Translations under genes and position numbers: made by a program
DNA from: an uncultured Acidobacteriota bacterium
GTDB lineage: Bacteria; Acidobacteriota; Thermoanaerobaculia; Gp7-AA8
Length of the DNA: 64,000 nucleotides
Direction of reading: 5' to 3'
Assembly (NCBI GenBank): GCA_963741955.1
Contig: CAVUKB010000004.1
Coordinates: forward strand, 160,001-224,000
Notes under the pieces: model-generated
Databases searched by the model: none
Seen by the model: the letters and a program-made list of their open reading frames with translations, nothing else
What the model was told of the DNA's origin: nothing
Shown here: positions 19,135-29,113 of the stretch, one piece after another
Numbering within the stretch: position 1 is the stretch's first letter
Layout: each line of letters opens with the position of its first letter

Positions 19135-19190
19135 GGGGTGTGGAAACTGCGGAAAACGCCGGTCGGCGTTTCCCGCAGTTTCCACACCCC
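19135..19190 (+). terminator. long hairpin after the IS256 transposase
   Basis: GGGGTGTGGAAACTGCGGAAAACGCC-GGTC-GGCGTTTCCCGCAGTTTCCACACCCC, an almost perfect 26-bp stem with no U-tract. Confidence 0.5.
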
Positions 19191-19306
19191 CCCACCACCA
19201 TCAACCCATGGATCCGAGGAGAACCGAACAGGAGACCCAATAACTCTAGTTTTGCAGAACTTGACAGACACAACTTCTGAAGCGATAGCACGAGAAGGTG
19301 GGGGTG

Positions 19307-20234
19307 GGGGTCACGCCTTCGTCTCTCGCTTGTTCCTCTAAGTGACCGAATATACGCGGGTTGCGCGTCTGTTTGTCGCAGCGCGAAAGGAATAGAGCGC
19401 AAGGAATAGGGTCACGCCTTCGCTCATCGGTTCTGCCGTCGGAGATCTCGACGGGACGCAGCGGGAAGCGGACGTAGAGACCGTGGTCGGGATCCAATGA
19501 GGTCGTCTCGATCGGTTGGAATCGGTGATCAGGCCATCGAAGTCTCGCTTCGGAAGCGATGAGGCTGCAGTCCAGACGCAGCTCCGCCCTGAAGTCGTGG
19601 AGGTCCGGGTGATTTGGAGCAACCTGGCGCGTCGCCTCAGAACGGCGACGGGCCGGGTGCGTCGCGGATGATGTCTGGCACCGGGAGCATCGGCCAGATC
19701 GGGATGGGCCGCTCGGGAGCGGATTCCGTCGTCCCCGCGAGGAGCAATGCGAGGCAGCGATCGGCGAGATCACGGAGAAGCCGGTCATTCGCGAGCTCGC
19801 GCGCTCGCAACGCGAGATCAGGTTCGAGACGTAGCCGGTACTGCCGAGGCGCAAGAGGGCCGCGATCGGGCGAAGCCGTTCGGCGCTCTCGTAGCGCCCG
19901 AGCCACGCGGTCAGCGGGTGAGGAACACTAGGCGATCCGCATCGCATCGGAAGATCGGCTTGCGCTCGTTGCGGCGCGAGGTCACGTGGAAAACCGCGCC
20001 GGGGAACTCGAGGCGAAGTGGTCGTGCCATGCGATCGAGAATACCTCGGGTCTTCCGAAATACCGAGGGCTCTACTCCTCGTGGAATCGGCGGCGACTCC
20101 CGAGGCCCTGCTTGGAGGCGCGAGTCGGTGATCCGGCAGCGGGTGTCGTAGAATATCGTGCGACAAACGAGGCGAAGAAGTAACGCCGTGACAAAGAGAT
20201 AGGGGAGAGAACCGACAGGCGAAGCCCTGACCCC
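19307..20234 (-). mobile_element. GGGGTCA-terminated Y1 (RAYT-like) transposase element with internally deleted transposase
   Basis: Left end GGGGTCACGCCTTCGTCTCTCG; right end (reverse complement) GGGGTCAGGGCTTCGCCTGTCG. Both the N- and C-terminal remnants of the transposase lie between them. Confidence 0.7.
19637..20030 (-). pseudogene. Y1/HUH (IS200-like, RAYT) transposase with catalytic core deleted
   Basis: N-terminus MARPLRLEFPGAVFHVTSRRNERKPIFRCDADRLVFL is joined at about 19912 to the C-terminal helical part AWLGRYESAERLRPIAALLRL; the HUH and Tyr motifs are missing. Confidence 0.85.
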
Positions 20235-20235
20235 A

Positions 20236-20475
20236 AAGTTCCTGAACAAATGGATCCGACACCGACTCCGCTCGCTGCTGTGGCGACAGTGGAAGACGTG
20301 CCGGAAACGTCGGAAGGCGCTGGTACGACTCGGAATCCCGCTGGAGGAGGCCCGACAGGTCGCCTCCAGTCAGCGCGGACCGTGGCGCGTGAGCAGTGGC
20401 CACGTCCTGCATCGAGCCATCGGCAAGGGCCACTTCAGTTCACTCGGTCTCGTCGAACTCTCGTTGAACGGTTAA
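20236..20475 (+). pseudogene. group II intron maturase C-terminal (X domain) fragment
   Basis: Own translation: FLNKWIRHRLRSLLWRQWKTCRKRRKALVRLGIP...SSQRGPWRVS...LHRAIGKGHFSSLGLVELS*. Confidence 0.85.
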
Positions 20476-20480
20476 CAGCC

Positions 20481-20554
20481 GAACCGCCGTGTGCGGACCC
20501 GCATGCACGGTGGTGTGGGAGGGTGGAAGCCGCGAGGCTTCCCCCTATCCCGAT
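20481..20554 (+). ncRNA. group II intron domains V-VI (class C type), 3' end of a 5'-truncated intron
   Basis: GAACCGCCGTGTGCGGACCCGCATGCACGGTGGTGTGGGAGG (domain V with CGC triad), then a domain VI hairpin ending CCTATCCCGAT. Confidence 0.9.
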
Positions 20555-20621
20555 CGAGCGATCTGGTGGTGGCTGGCGAGCCGGACGGTCGCAGGCTATG
20601 ATGGCGGGGGAATAGAACACC

Positions 20622-21848
20622 ATGGCAGAGCCAATCGCGCCGGAAGCGATTGCAGAGACGCACCAGCCGCGTTTTCGTACGGAGATTCACGCAGACCTCG
20701 AGGTCTCGGTGGTGATCCCATGTCTGGACGAGGAGGATACCGTCGGAATCTGTGTGGCCGAGGCGTTGCGGGTGATGCGTGCGAGCGGGATCCGCGGGGA
20801 AGTGATCGTCGCAGACAACGGAAGTACGGACGGCTCTCAGGATGTCGCGGTTGCCGCCGGTGCTCGGGTGGTGGCGGTCGAACGCCGCGGATACGGGAAT
20901 GCGTTGATGGGAGGAATCGAACGAGCGCGAGGCGATCTGGTCGTGATGGGGGATGCGGATGACAGCTACGACTTCGGCGAAATTCCGAAGTTCGTGGAGG
21001 CACTCCGGGAGGGTGCCGATCTCGCGCAAGGGTGCAGACTTCCTTCGGGCGGAGGACGGATACTGCCGGGAGCGATGCCTCCGCTGCATCGGTGGTTGGG
21101 AAATCCGATGTTTTCGGGACTGGCCAGACGGATGTTCTCCGTCCCAGTACACGACATCAATTGCGGGCTCCGCGCATTCCGTCGCGATCTGTACCGGAGT
21201 CTCGATCTTCGCTGCACGGGGATGGAGTTTGCGACGGAGATGGTGATCAAATCGAGACTCTACGGTGCGCGGATCGTCGAAGTGCCGACGGTTCTTCATC
21301 CCGACGGACGGAGAGGTCGCGCGCCGCACCTGCGGACTGTCCGGGACGGCTGGCGAACATTGAGGTTCTATCTCCTCTACAGTCCGAGATGGCTGTTTCT
21401 CTACCCATCGGTGGCGCTCATTCTGTTCGGTCTGATCGGGTACGCGCTCGCGTATCCCGCTGTCCGCATCGGGCCTGCGACGCTGGGCGTGCACACCCTT
21501 CTGGTGTCGAGTCTCGCGATTCTGATCGGACACCAGGCGCTCCTTTTTGCCATCGCGTCGAAAACATTCGCCATCGCCGAAGGGCTTCATCCTCCCGATC
21601 CACACCTCGACAGATTCTTCCGTCTGATGAATCTGGAGACGGGGATTCTGGTGAGCGTCATGACTCTTGCCGCGGGGATCGGACTGCTCGCTTTGTCAGT
21701 CGACCAGTGGATCTCGGTCGGATTCGGCCCGCTCGATTACTCCAGGACGATGCGCTGGGTGATTCCGGGCGTCACTCTGACTGCGCTCGGATTTCAGACG
21801 CTCCTCTGGAGCTTCTTCGTCAGTGTTCTGGGGTTGCGGCGGAAGTGA
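20622..21848 (+). CDS. GT2 glycosyltransferase (polyprenol-phosphate sugar synthase-like) with C-terminal TM helices
   Basis: VSVVIPCLDEE, VADNGSTDGS, GYGNAL, MGDADDSYD, GMEFATEM; four hydrophobic segments at the C-terminus. Confidence 0.93.
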   Translation: MAEPIAPEAIAETHQPRFRTEIHADLEVSVVIPCLDEEDTVGICVAEALRVMRASGIRGEVIVADNGSTDGSQDVAVAAGARVVAVERRGYGNALMGGIERARGDLVVMGDADDSYDFGEIPKFVEALREGADLAQGCRLPSGGGRILPGAMPPLHRWLGNPMFSGLARRMFSVPVHDINCGLRAFRRDLYRSLDLRCTGMEFATEMVIKSRLYGARIVEVPTVLHPDGRRGRAPHLRTVRDGWRTLRFYLLYSPRWLFLYPSVALILFGLIGYALAYPAVRIGPATLGVHTLLVSSLAILIGHQALLFAIASKTFAIAEGLHPPDPHLDRFFRLMNLETGILVSVMTLAAGIGLLALSVDQWISVGFGPLDYSRTMRWVIPGVTLTALGFQTLLWSFFVSVLGLRRK

Positions 21849-22513
21849 ACTGGATCGAGGGTCTGCACGGGAGAGTGATTGTCGGCCGGCGAGTCGAGTC
21901 GCTCGCGAAGGGGCTCGCTGAATTCCTTCCGGCTGCGGGATCCGTTCTCGACGTCGGCGCAGGTGACGGAAAGTTGGCGTGGCGACTCCAGCAGGGTCGC
22001 TCCGAGCTGCGTTTCTGCGGTGTGGATGTCCTGAGGCGGGAGGAAACGCTGATCGATGTGATCGAGTACGACGGTCGTACGCTCCCGTTCGGCGATCGTT
22101 CGTTCGACGCGGTGGTCATCGTCGACGTGCTTCATCACGCGGGTGACCCTCGACAGCTGCTGATCGAGTCGGCGAGAGTCAGTCGTCAGAGGATGATCGT
22201 GAAGGACCATCTCTGCGAGAACGGATTCGATCGAAAGCTTCTCTCGTTCATGGATTCGATCGGGAATCGTCGCTTTGGCGTGGCGTCTCCCGGACGTTAC
22301 ATGAGCCGCCACGAATGGAACGAAATGTTCGGGGCTCTGCCGTTCTCTCTGAAGGGCTGGATTCCGCGTCTGCACCTGTATCCGTGGCCGTTGTCTGCAA
22401 TGTTCGAAAGGAATCTCCACTTCGTGGCGCTTCTCGAGCGATCGGATGAAATCGAAGGCCCTCCCCCGGTCCACTCTCGCGGGCAAAGCCCGGAAAAGGA
22501 CGAAGAAACTTGA
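21845..22513 (+). CDS. class I SAM-dependent methyltransferase
   Basis: GTG start in a GTGA overlap; VLDVGAGDG, LPFGDRSFDAV, DVLHH. Confidence 0.9.
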   Translation: MNWIEGLHGRVIVGRRVESLAKGLAEFLPAAGSVLDVGAGDGKLAWRLQQGRSELRFCGVDVLRREETLIDVIEYDGRTLPFGDRSFDAVVIVDVLHHAGDPRQLLIESARVSRQRMIVKDHLCENGFDRKLLSFMDSIGNRRFGVASPGRYMSRHEWNEMFGALPFSLKGWIPRLHLYPWPLSAMFERNLHFVALLERSDEIEGPPPVHSRGQSPEKDEET

Positions 22514-24189
22514 CCGGATCGGGGTCGATCGAGCCCATTCCGGCGGGAACCCCGCGCGGTACGAGCGCGGTGTTCCTCGCGATCCTCGAATGGTGTGTCT
22601 TTGCGATTCAGGCCGTGGCTCTCGGGATCGTTGCAGCACGTAACTTCTTCGCATTGAACCCGGATGCGATGTCGTACTTCCGGATTGCGAAGTACTACGC
22701 GGAAGGGCGATTCGGGCTCGCAGTGAATGGCTACTGGAGTCCGATGCTGAGCTGGATGATGACGCCCCTGGTCGCTACGGACGTCGGCGCGCTGACCGCC
22801 CTTCGGGTCGCGATGATGCTCTCCGCGCTCGTGTTCACGGCCGGATACGACTTCCTCCTGCGCACGGTAGTCGCGGATCGAGCGCTCCGCGTGCTCCTAC
22901 TGGCGCTCCTCGCGGTGGCGACGCTCGCCTGGTCGGTCGAGAACATCACTCCGGACCTCCTGGCCGACGGCATCGTTCTTTTTGCACTCGCCTCCACTCT
23001 GAGGGCGGTTCGGTCGGGATCGAGCGGGATCGGATTCGGTGCCGGAGCGCTCTGGGGGGCGGCGTACCTGGCGAAAGCGGTCAACCTTCCGGTCGCTCTC
23101 GGTTCGCTGCCTCTGCTCGTGCTTCTCATTCATGCCGAGGATGGGGATCGGTCGCGCTCACGGCAGGCGCGGCTGCTTCTGTTCGCCGGAGCCGGTCTCG
23201 CCGCCGTCGCTCTTCCGTGGATCGTGACGCTGTCGATCCTGTATCAGCGTCCGACGTTCTCGACGGCGGGGAGGATCGCGCACGCGATCGTCGGGCCGAC
23301 GGACCGAGACCGGCGGCTCCCGATGTTCGTGAACTTCGTCACGCCGCCACAGGGTCGGATCACGATCTGGGAGGAGCCCTCGCGTTCTCCATTCGCGTAC
23401 TGGTCACCATTCGAGAGTTCGGCGTATTTTCGGCATCAGGTGAATCTGTTCCGCTCGAATGCCGCATTGATCTGGAAGACGCTCGCCAGCTTCGATCTCC
23501 TCGGCTTCGGCTTGACCGCTGGTCTCGCATCGTTGTTCGCGCTGCTCGTGCGGCCCTCTATCGAACGAAAGTTTCCGTGGATCGTATCGATCGTGCCCTT
23601 TCCATTGGTCTGCCTCATTTATGCGCAGGTCTTCGCGGTCGACAGCCGTTACTATTACGTGGTCTGGCCACTTCTACTGCTCTGTGCGGTCGAGTGGGGA
23701 CGCGTCGCCGGGATGCGGCTCTTCGGCCGGCGCGGTGCGCACATCGCGGCGGCGATCGTGATGGCGTCCTTTGCGCTCGCTCTCCGCCGGCCGGTGGAGG
23801 CGGCGTGGGGAGGGCTGTCGGACGATGCAGGTCGATCCGCGTACGCTCTGGCCGCCGCTCTACGGCGGGAGGGGCGGGTCGGGCCCGTCGCGGGTGCTGC
23901 CGACGTCCCGGGCGGGATGGGTGGACTCGATCTCGCGTTCTTTCTGGAACAGCCGTGGTGTGGTGACGAGCCGGAACTGTCGGTCGACGATCTTCGGAGA
24001 TCGGACGCGCGTCTCTACGTGCTCGCTTCGAGTGATGAAGCGGACGAGGCAAAGCTCGCCCGCGCGCCCGATTTCGTGCGGCTCGACTTGGGGAGCGGAT
24101 TGCCGCAGAACGGATCGAATTTCCCGTTGACGGTTTTCTGGCGGAAGGAAGCCGTGAGCGATGACGGTCGTGTTCCGCGCTCGCGATGA
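22510..24189 (+). CDS. multi-pass membrane protein, probable GT-C glycosyltransferase
   Basis: NPDAMSY...GYWSP loop after TM1, TPDLL, YLAK, DSRYY; about 12 TM segments; coupled to the GT2/methyltransferase genes. Confidence 0.65.
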   Translation: MTGSGSIEPIPAGTPRGTSAVFLAILEWCVFAIQAVALGIVAARNFFALNPDAMSYFRIAKYYAEGRFGLAVNGYWSPMLSWMMTPLVATDVGALTALRVAMMLSALVFTAGYDFLLRTVVADRALRVLLLALLAVATLAWSVENITPDLLADGIVLFALASTLRAVRSGSSGIGFGAGALWGAAYLAKAVNLPVALGSLPLLVLLIHAEDGDRSRSRQARLLLFAGAGLAAVALPWIVTLSILYQRPTFSTAGRIAHAIVGPTDRDRRLPMFVNFVTPPQGRITIWEEPSRSPFAYWSPFESSAYFRHQVNLFRSNAALIWKTLASFDLLGFGLTAGLASLFALLVRPSIERKFPWIVSIVPFPLVCLIYAQVFAVDSRYYYVVWPLLLLCAVEWGRVAGMRLFGRRGAHIAAAIVMASFALALRRPVEAAWGGLSDDAGRSAYALAAALRREGRVGPVAGAADVPGGMGGLDLAFFLEQPWCGDEPELSVDDLRRSDARLYVLASSDEADEAKLARAPDFVRLDLGSGLPQNGSNFPLTVFWRKEAVSDDGRVPRSR

Positions 24190-24368
24190 ATGCGGAGGGT
24201 GAGCGGGGGAGCTCCGGCCGCGGGAATCACGAGTTTGTACGGGCACGACAGTGGCATGCGGTTTCGCGCGGATCCGGGAGTGGTGTAAGCTCCGGGAGGA
24301 GTGAGGCATCCGGCTGCGATCTGCGGCCGCGCGGCGTTTCGGCTGCCCGGGAGCGCCAGAGCGAAGTC

Positions 24369-25430
24369 ATGGAACGAGTGAGGGCCATTCTCTGGGGGGG
24401 ATCGTTCACGGCGGTCGTCGCGATTCTCGTCGTCGTCGGTTCACGGAACCTCGAGCACTTCGACGCCGCGCTGGTCGGCTACACGTTCGCCGTTCTTTTC
24501 GCGACGTTCGCCATCGTCTACCGCTACGCGATGTGGCTCCAGCGTCCTCCCACCGCACTCTACTGGCGCCGCGGATGGCAGTTGTTCTTCCGTCCCCGCT
24601 TTCTCGCGAGCAATGTCCGCGAATGGTTCGTGCGGGTGGTCAGCGAGTTCGCGCTCAACCAGTTCATCTTCCGGCGCGACCGGCTTCGCGGGATCACGCA
24701 CTGGCTGATCATGTGGGGCTGCATCCTCGGCTGTGCGATCACGTTTCCCCTCGTCTTCGGGTGGATCCATTTCGAAACGGTGCCCGGGCATCTCGACACG
24801 TACCAGGCGTACCTCTTCGGGTTTCCCACCACCACGTTTCCGATCGAATCGTTGACCGGCTTTCTGGTTTTCCACGGACTGGTGTGGGCGTCCTTCCTGG
24901 TCATCGCGGGCGTGATGCTCGCGATGCGGAGGCGGATGCGGGACCACGGAGCCGCGGCGGTCCAGCGTTTCGGCGAAGATTTTCTTCCGCTGATCCTTCT
25001 CTTCTCGATCAGCGTGACCGGGCTGATGCTGACCGCGAGTTACACGTGGATGAAGGGATACGCGTACGACTTTCTCGCGATCCTCCACGCGGTCACGGTG
25101 ATCTTCACTCTCCTGTGGTTGCCGTTCGGAAAGTTCTTCCACATTTTCCAGAGGCCGGCGCAGCTGGGCGTGGCGTTCTACCAGAAGGTGGGGGCCGCCG
25201 AGGAGATGGCCCGATGCGCGAGGTGTAGTGAGGAGTATGCGCCGCTCATCCAGATCGAAGATCTGATGAAAGTGGAGCGGAAGCTCGGCTACCACTACGC
25301 ACTCGAACGAGGGGGCGTGGATCATTACCAGAGGATCTGTCCCGCATGCCGCCGTTCCATGCTCGGCGTCGCGCAGGGGAGGATCTGGGAACGGAGCGCC
25401 GGTCCGAATCCGCCGGCGGAGTCGATCTGA
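24369..25430 (+). CDS. NarI-like multi-pass membrane subunit with C-terminal Cys4 motif
   Basis: TM segments with His residues ([34 protein letters not shown]); CARC...CPAC tail. Confidence 0.75.
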   Translation: MERVRAILWGGSFTAVVAILVVVGSRNLEHFDAALVGYTFAVLFATFAIVYRYAMWLQRPPTALYWRRGWQLFFRPRFLASNVREWFVRVVSEFALNQFIFRRDRLRGITHWLIMWGCILGCAITFPLVFGWIHFETVPGHLDTYQAYLFGFPTTTFPIESLTGFLVFHGLVWASFLVIAGVMLAMRRRMRDHGAAAVQRFGEDFLPLILLFSISVTGLMLTASYTWMKGYAYDFLAILHAVTVIFTLLWLPFGKFFHIFQRPAQLGVAFYQKVGAAEEMARCARCSEEYAPLIQIEDLMKVERKLGYHYALERGGVDHYQRICPACRRSMLGVAQGRIWERSAGPNPPAESI

Positions 25431-25433
25431 ATC

Positions 25434-27665
25434 ATGGCAAAACTTCCGGCAGCACCCGAGACTCTGGCCGAACATTTCGGACCGCACCTCGCGCGGTCGG
25501 AGGGCGCGAGGCTGGAGACCGACGTCGAACCGGACCGGCTGGTGAAGACGCACTGCTGCTTCTGCGGACAGCAGTGCGGCATTCAGCTGAAGGTCCGCGA
25601 CAACGAAGTGATCGGATTCGAGCCGTGGCTGGAGTTTCCCTTCAACAAGGGGATGCTCTGTCCGAAGGGGGTGAAGCGCTACCTCCAGGGCTCGCATCCG
25701 GACCGGCTGAAGACGGCGCTCCGGCGTGATCCATCGTCGCCGAAGGGGTTCAGCCCGATCGGATATGACGAGGCGATCCGCCGGGTGGCGGGAGAGATCG
25801 AGCGGATCCAGCGCGAGCACGGGCGGGACGCGTTCGCGCTACTCAGCGGCGCGAGCATCACCACCGAGAGGGCGTACCTGATCGGGAAGTTCGCGCACAT
25901 GACGCTCCGCACCGCGAACATCGATTACAACGGGCGGCTCTGCATGGTGAGTGCAGGAGCGGGGAACAAGAAGGCGTTCGGAATCGACCGGGCCGCGAAT
26001 CCATGGTCGGACATCCCGAAGGCGGACGTGGTCTGGATCAGCGGAGCGAACATCGCCGAGTGCGCGCCGATCACGACGAACTACGTCTGGCAGGCGCGAG
26101 AGAACGGGGCGAAGATCATCGTGGTCGATCCCCGGATCACTCCGATCGCCCGGACCTGCGATCTTTTTCTGCCGGTCAAGCCGGGACGCGACGTGGTGCT
26201 CTTCAACGGGATTCTCCATCTGATGATCGAGAACGACTGGGTCGACCACGATTTCATCGAACGTTGGACGATCGGATTCGACGCGGTTGCGGAGAACGTA
26301 CGCGAATGGACGCCGCGCAAGACTGCGGAAGTCACAGGGATCGCAGAGAAGGCCATCCGCCAGGCCGCGGAGATGTGGGGGACGGCGAAGAGCAGCTTTC
26401 TCCTCCACGCGCGCGGAATCGAGCACCACAGCCACGGCGTGCAGAACGTTCTCGGCGCAATCGACATCGTGCTCGCTTCGGGTCGCATCGGACGGGAAGG
26501 CTGCGGTTACGCCACGATCACCGGCCAGGCGAACGGGCAGGGTGGCCGCGAGCATGGACAGAAATGCGATCAACTTCCGGGATACCGGGACCTCGGCAAT
26601 CCGGAGCACCGGGAGTACATCGCCGGCGTGTGGGGAATCGCGGCGGACGATCTCCCGCAGCCGGGTGTCGACGCGTACGAGATCTTCCGGAAGATCGACA
26701 GTGGGGAGATCAAGGGTCTCCTCAGCATCTGCTTCAACCCGAAAGTCTCGCTGCCGGACAACAACTTCATCACCCGCGCGCTCGGCAAGCTCGACTTCTA
26801 CGCCAATATCGAGTTCTTCCTCAGCGAGACCGCGCAGCATGCGGACATCGTTCTTCCAGGCGCCCTGCAGGAGGAGGACGAAGGAGTCGTGGCGCAGCTC
26901 GAGGGGAGAGTGATCAAGATCAACAAGGCGGTCGATCCTCCCGGTGACGCGAGGCAGGACTGGCGCATCATTCAGGATCTCGCCCGCGCGCTGGGGCGGG
27001 AAAAGGGGATGACCTTCGCCTCGCCGCGGGAGATGTTCGACGAACTGCGCGTCGCGTCCCGGGGAGGAATCGCGGACTACTCCGGGATCACCTGGGAGAA
27101 GATCGAGAAGGAGGGAGGGGTCTTCTGGCCGTGCCCGGACGAGAGCAGTCCGGGAACGCCGCGCCTGTTCGAGACGGGGTCGTGGAATCCGATCGCAAAA
27201 GGGGCGGGACCGTTCTATTTCCCCGACGGGAAGGCGCGGTTCAACGTGGCTGTCTACACCCCGCCGGCCGAAGACGTCGACCAGGAGTATCCGATCATCC
27301 TGACCACCGGACGGGTGGTGAGCCAGTTTCTCTCGGGGACCCAGACGCGGCGGATCGGGCCGCTGGTGGACCAGTACCCGGAGCCGCGCATCGAGATGCA
27401 TCCGCGGATGGCGGAGAAATACGGGATCGCGGACGGCGACTGGGTGACCGTCGAATCACGTCGTGGAGACCTGACCCTTCAGGCGATGGTGGTGACCACC
27501 ATCCGTCCCGACACGATCTTCATTCCGTACCACTGGGGCGGAAGGAAGGCGGCGAACCAGCTGACGATCTCCGCCCAGGACCCGATCTCCAAGATTCCCG
27601 AGTACAAGGTCTGCGCGGTACGGATTCGGAAGGGAGAGGCGAAACCAGCATGGGCGAACGAATGA
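25434..27665 (+). CDS. molybdopterin oxidoreductase catalytic subunit (NasA/NapA/FdhF clade)
   Basis: [10 protein letters not shown]...LCPKG 4Fe-4S motif, NGRLCMVS ligand, [13 protein letters not shown] and PEYKVCAV in the Mo-bisPGD-binding C-terminal domain. Confidence 0.93.
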   Translation: MAKLPAAPETLAEHFGPHLARSEGARLETDVEPDRLVKTHCCFCGQQCGIQLKVRDNEVIGFEPWLEFPFNKGMLCPKGVKRYLQGSHPDRLKTALRRDPSSPKGFSPIGYDEAIRRVAGEIERIQREHGRDAFALLSGASITTERAYLIGKFAHMTLRTANIDYNGRLCMVSAGAGNKKAFGIDRAANPWSDIPKADVVWISGANIAECAPITTNYVWQARENGAKIIVVDPRITPIARTCDLFLPVKPGRDVVLFNGILHLMIENDWVDHDFIERWTIGFDAVAENVREWTPRKTAEVTGIAEKAIRQAAEMWGTAKSSFLLHARGIEHHSHGVQNVLGAIDIVLASGRIGREGCGYATITGQANGQGGREHGQKCDQLPGYRDLGNPEHREYIAGVWGIAADDLPQPGVDAYEIFRKIDSGEIKGLLSICFNPKVSLPDNNFITRALGKLDFYANIEFFLSETAQHADIVLPGALQEEDEGVVAQLEGRVIKINKAVDPPGDARQDWRIIQDLARALGREKGMTFASPREMFDELRVASRGGIADYSGITWEKIEKEGGVFWPCPDESSPGTPRLFETGSWNPIAKGAGPFYFPDGKARFNVAVYTPPAEDVDQEYPIILTTGRVVSQFLSGTQTRRIGPLVDQYPEPRIEMHPRMAEKYGIADGDWVTVESRRGDLTLQAMVVTTIRPDTIFIPYHWGGRKAANQLTISAQDPISKIPEYKVCAVRIRKGEAKPAWANE

Positions 27666-27682
27666 CGGGCGACCACTGAGAG

Positions 27683-28318
27683 ATGGTACCGGAGTCGATG
27701 GAGTTCTTCGTGGATCCGAACCGATGCATCGGATGCCAGTCGTGCGTCCAGGCATGCTCGGAGTGCGACACCCACAAGGGTCACTCGATGATTCATCTCG
27801 AGTACGTGGCCCGGCCGATCTCGGTGCAGACGGTTCCGGTGATCTGCATGCACTGCGACTCGCCGACCTGTGCCGAGGTGTGTCCGGCGGATGCGATCAA
27901 GCGGACCGAAGACGGAGTGGTGCAGAGCGCGCGAAAACCGAGGTGCATCGCGTGCAACAACTGCGTGTACGCGTGCCCGTTCGGTGTCCCGAAGATGAAG
28001 ACCGAACTGAAACTGATGATGAAGTGCGACATGTGCTACGACCGGACCACGGTCGGAAAGAAACCGATGTGTGCGACGGTCTGTCCGAGCGGGGCGCTGC
28101 ACTACGGAACGCGGGCGGAGATCGAGTCGCTGCGTCCGCGGTCGACGCCGATCCACGAGTTCCGATTCGGCGAACAGACCATCACCACGAAGGTGAACAT
28201 GATGGTGCCGAAAGATCAGCCCGTCGCGAACATCGACGTCACGTCTGCGATGGACGAAGGGCCGGTCGGCCGTGAGCGGCCGATGAACCTTCTGGACGAC
28301 ATTTTCGAGAGCGACTGA
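27683..28318 (+). CDS. 4Fe-4S dicluster (DmsB/NrfC-like) electron-transfer subunit
   Basis: [42 protein letters not shown]...CATVCP. Confidence 0.95.
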   Translation: MVPESMEFFVDPNRCIGCQSCVQACSECDTHKGHSMIHLEYVARPISVQTVPVICMHCDSPTCAEVCPADAIKRTEDGVVQSARKPRCIACNNCVYACPFGVPKMKTELKLMMKCDMCYDRTTVGKKPMCATVCPSGALHYGTRAEIESLRPRSTPIHEFRFGEQTITTKVNMMVPKDQPVANIDVTSAMDEGPVGRERPMNLLDDIFESD

Positions 28319-28327
28319 GACGAGACC

Positions 28328-28879
28328 ATGGTTCGCATCGAGGATCCCGACCGACTGAGCATTCCTCCCGACGCGCGTCCGGACGAGGAGCAGCCGCAGT
28401 GGCGAAAAGACTTCGCCATCGACTGGCCGAAGGACGACTACATCGCGAGGCGCGACTTCACCAAGTTCATGGTGCTGACGAGCTTCGCATTCGTGATGGG
28501 ACAGTTCTGGATCGTCTTCCAGAACCTGGCGCGGAGCAGAAAAGGGGAGCCGCCGATCCGGAGGATCGCGGCACTCAGCGAGATTCCGCCCGGAAGCGCG
28601 AAAGGCTTCACCTACCCGGAGCCGCATGACGATTGCCTCCTGGTGCGCTTTGCGTCGGGCGAGCTCGCCGCGTTCAGCCAGAAATGCACCCACCTGTCGT
28701 GCGCGGTGAAGCCGGAATTCGGCTCGGGGCGGTTCCACTGTCCCTGCCACGAAGGGTGGTTCGACATGGCGAGTGGGGCGCCGCTGGCCGGACCTCCGCG
28801 GCGTCCGCTCCCGCGAATCCGGCTGGAGGTCCGGAACGGCGAGATCTACGCGACGGGTGTGGAGTTGAGGACGACATGA
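28328..28879 (+). CDS. Rieske 2Fe-2S protein with Tat-like signal anchor
   Basis: CTHLSC and CPCHEG motifs; ARRDFTK followed by a hydrophobic stretch. Confidence 0.93.
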   Translation: MVRIEDPDRLSIPPDARPDEEQPQWRKDFAIDWPKDDYIARRDFTKFMVLTSFAFVMGQFWIVFQNLARSRKGEPPIRRIAALSEIPPGSAKGFTYPEPHDDCLLVRFASGELAAFSQKCTHLSCAVKPEFGSGRFHCPCHEGWFDMASGAPLAGPPRRPLPRIRLEVRNGEIYATGVELRTT

Positions 28880-29100
28880 GACGACCGTTCTCGAGATCCC
28901 AGAAGACGACCATCGTGTACGGCATTCTCTGTATCGTGATGCTGATCGTGGTTCTGCAGCTCTGGCTGCTGACGGCGACGATGAACGCATGGCTCGGCGG
29001 AGACGTTTCGGTCGTCCTTCCCGCCGCGTTCGCGAGCCTCGGCTGCTTCGGGTTGAACGGAGGGCTGCTCTGGTATCTCTACCGGCTCGATCGGGCGTGA
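28876..29100 (+). CDS. small two-TM membrane protein (DUF6755-like)
   Basis: 74 aa, ATGA overlap; [20 protein letters not shown]. Confidence 0.75.
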   Translation: MRRPFSRSQKTTIVYGILCIVMLIVVLQLWLLTATMNAWLGGDVSVVLPAAFASLGCFGLNGGLLWYLYRLDRA

Positions 29101-29113
29101 GGCGACGGCTGGA

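Larger units (their letters stand above)
17839..19275 (+). mobile_element. IS256-family insertion sequence, intact
   Basis: Imperfect inverted repeats sharing GTGTC..AAGTTCTGCAAAA. Target duplication TCTGAAGC at 17831-17838 and 19276-19283. Confidence 0.93.

Noticed and set aside
1-20234. Integron interpretation of the cassette array
   Set aside because: No tyrosine integrase in the window and no convincing attC (RYYYAAC...GTTRRRY) sites were found at cassette ends.
20236-20554. Possible retron or diversity-generating retroelement acting on RHS tips
   Set aside because: Only a maturase tail with intron domains V-VI is present, with no RT core. Differences between RHS copies are not adenine-specific.
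24251-24268. TGGCATGCGGTTTCGC as a sigma-54 promoter for the molybdoenzyme operon
   Set aside because: GG-to-GC spacing is one base too long.
25434-27665. Formate dehydrogenase or arsenite oxidase call
   Set aside because: It lacks the FDH His after the Cys ligand and the conserved Arg, has no in-frame TGA, and has a four-Cys cluster motif plus a Cys ligand unlike AioA.
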